DNA of 55,094 bases, taken from a virus. Lineage: Duplodnaviria; Caudoviricetes. The position numbers were made by a program, and so were the translations under genes. Shown here in pieces: positions 54,985-55,094 of the stretch. The notes under the pieces are model-generated. The model did not search any database, was not told the DNA's origin, and saw only the letters and a list, made by a program, of their open reading frames with translations. Each line of letters starts with the position of its first letter. Position 1 is the first letter of the stretch. The stretch spans positions 1-55,094 of the IMG/VR virus record IMGVR_UViG_3300042997_001345. The stretch is one strand, 5' to 3'.

Positions 54985-55094
54985 ATGATTCATTATAATG
55001 AAACTGATTTAATAAAGTCTATTAATCAGCAAACACTTTTGCAATCTAGGCAATACAAGTATACCAGTACTAAAGAATACGTGGATGCTTTCCC
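54985..55094 (+). CDS. 3'-truncated CDS, probably QueD (6-carboxytetrahydropterin synthase)
   Basis: Strong RBS; ...YKYTSTKEYVDAFP resembles the start of phage PTPS/QueD proteins; follows folE; only 36 codons visible. Confidence 0.5.
   Translation, partial: MIHYNETDLIKSINQQTLLQSRQYKYTSTKEYVDAF

Noticed and set aside
1-55094. Stop-codon reassignment
   Set aside because: Recognisable genes are full length under code 11, and TAA, TAG and TGA all end genes.

Overview
A 55-kb, gene-dense, mostly plus-strand segment of a large dsDNA tailed phage (T4/Rak2-like jumbo-phage gene content, standard genetic code). No rRNA, tRNA, CRISPR array, transposase or integrase was seen. In order: (1) 1-9115 tail-fibre/baseplate module (C1q-tipped fibre, two LamG lectins, repeat-rich beta-helix tailspike, Ig-repeat protein); (2) 9177-21289 replication and proteostasis genes (DnaE fragment, GroES, clamp loader, HAD nucleotidase, PhoH, DnaJ, peptide deformylase, ClpA/B); (3) 21292-25543 late-promoter genes including a nucleotidyltransferase, glycosyltransferases and a radical SAM gene; (4) 25588-36025 probable head-packaged proteins, including a 1876-aa multi-enzyme polyprotein; (5) 36194-41576 PolB and sliding clamp; (6) 41577-55094 7-deazaguanine-type DNA-modification genes (TGT/DpdA-like, two QueD-like, glycosyltransferase, FolE) interrupted by an AT-rich sugar/radical-SAM island. 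The best candidate for an undescribed system is in block 4. Unrelated protein modules are joined in frame at a DNA-conserved 14-mer AGGTGTGGCGGAAG encoding G-V-A-E, a likely head-protease site. Two module blocks are flanked by exact 10-bp direct repeats, and neighbouring small genes carry an N-terminal tag resembling the T4 capsid-targeting sequence. Together these suggest a cassette-shuffled, protease-released payload of injected effectors. All product calls come from motif recognition by eye; no database search was run.
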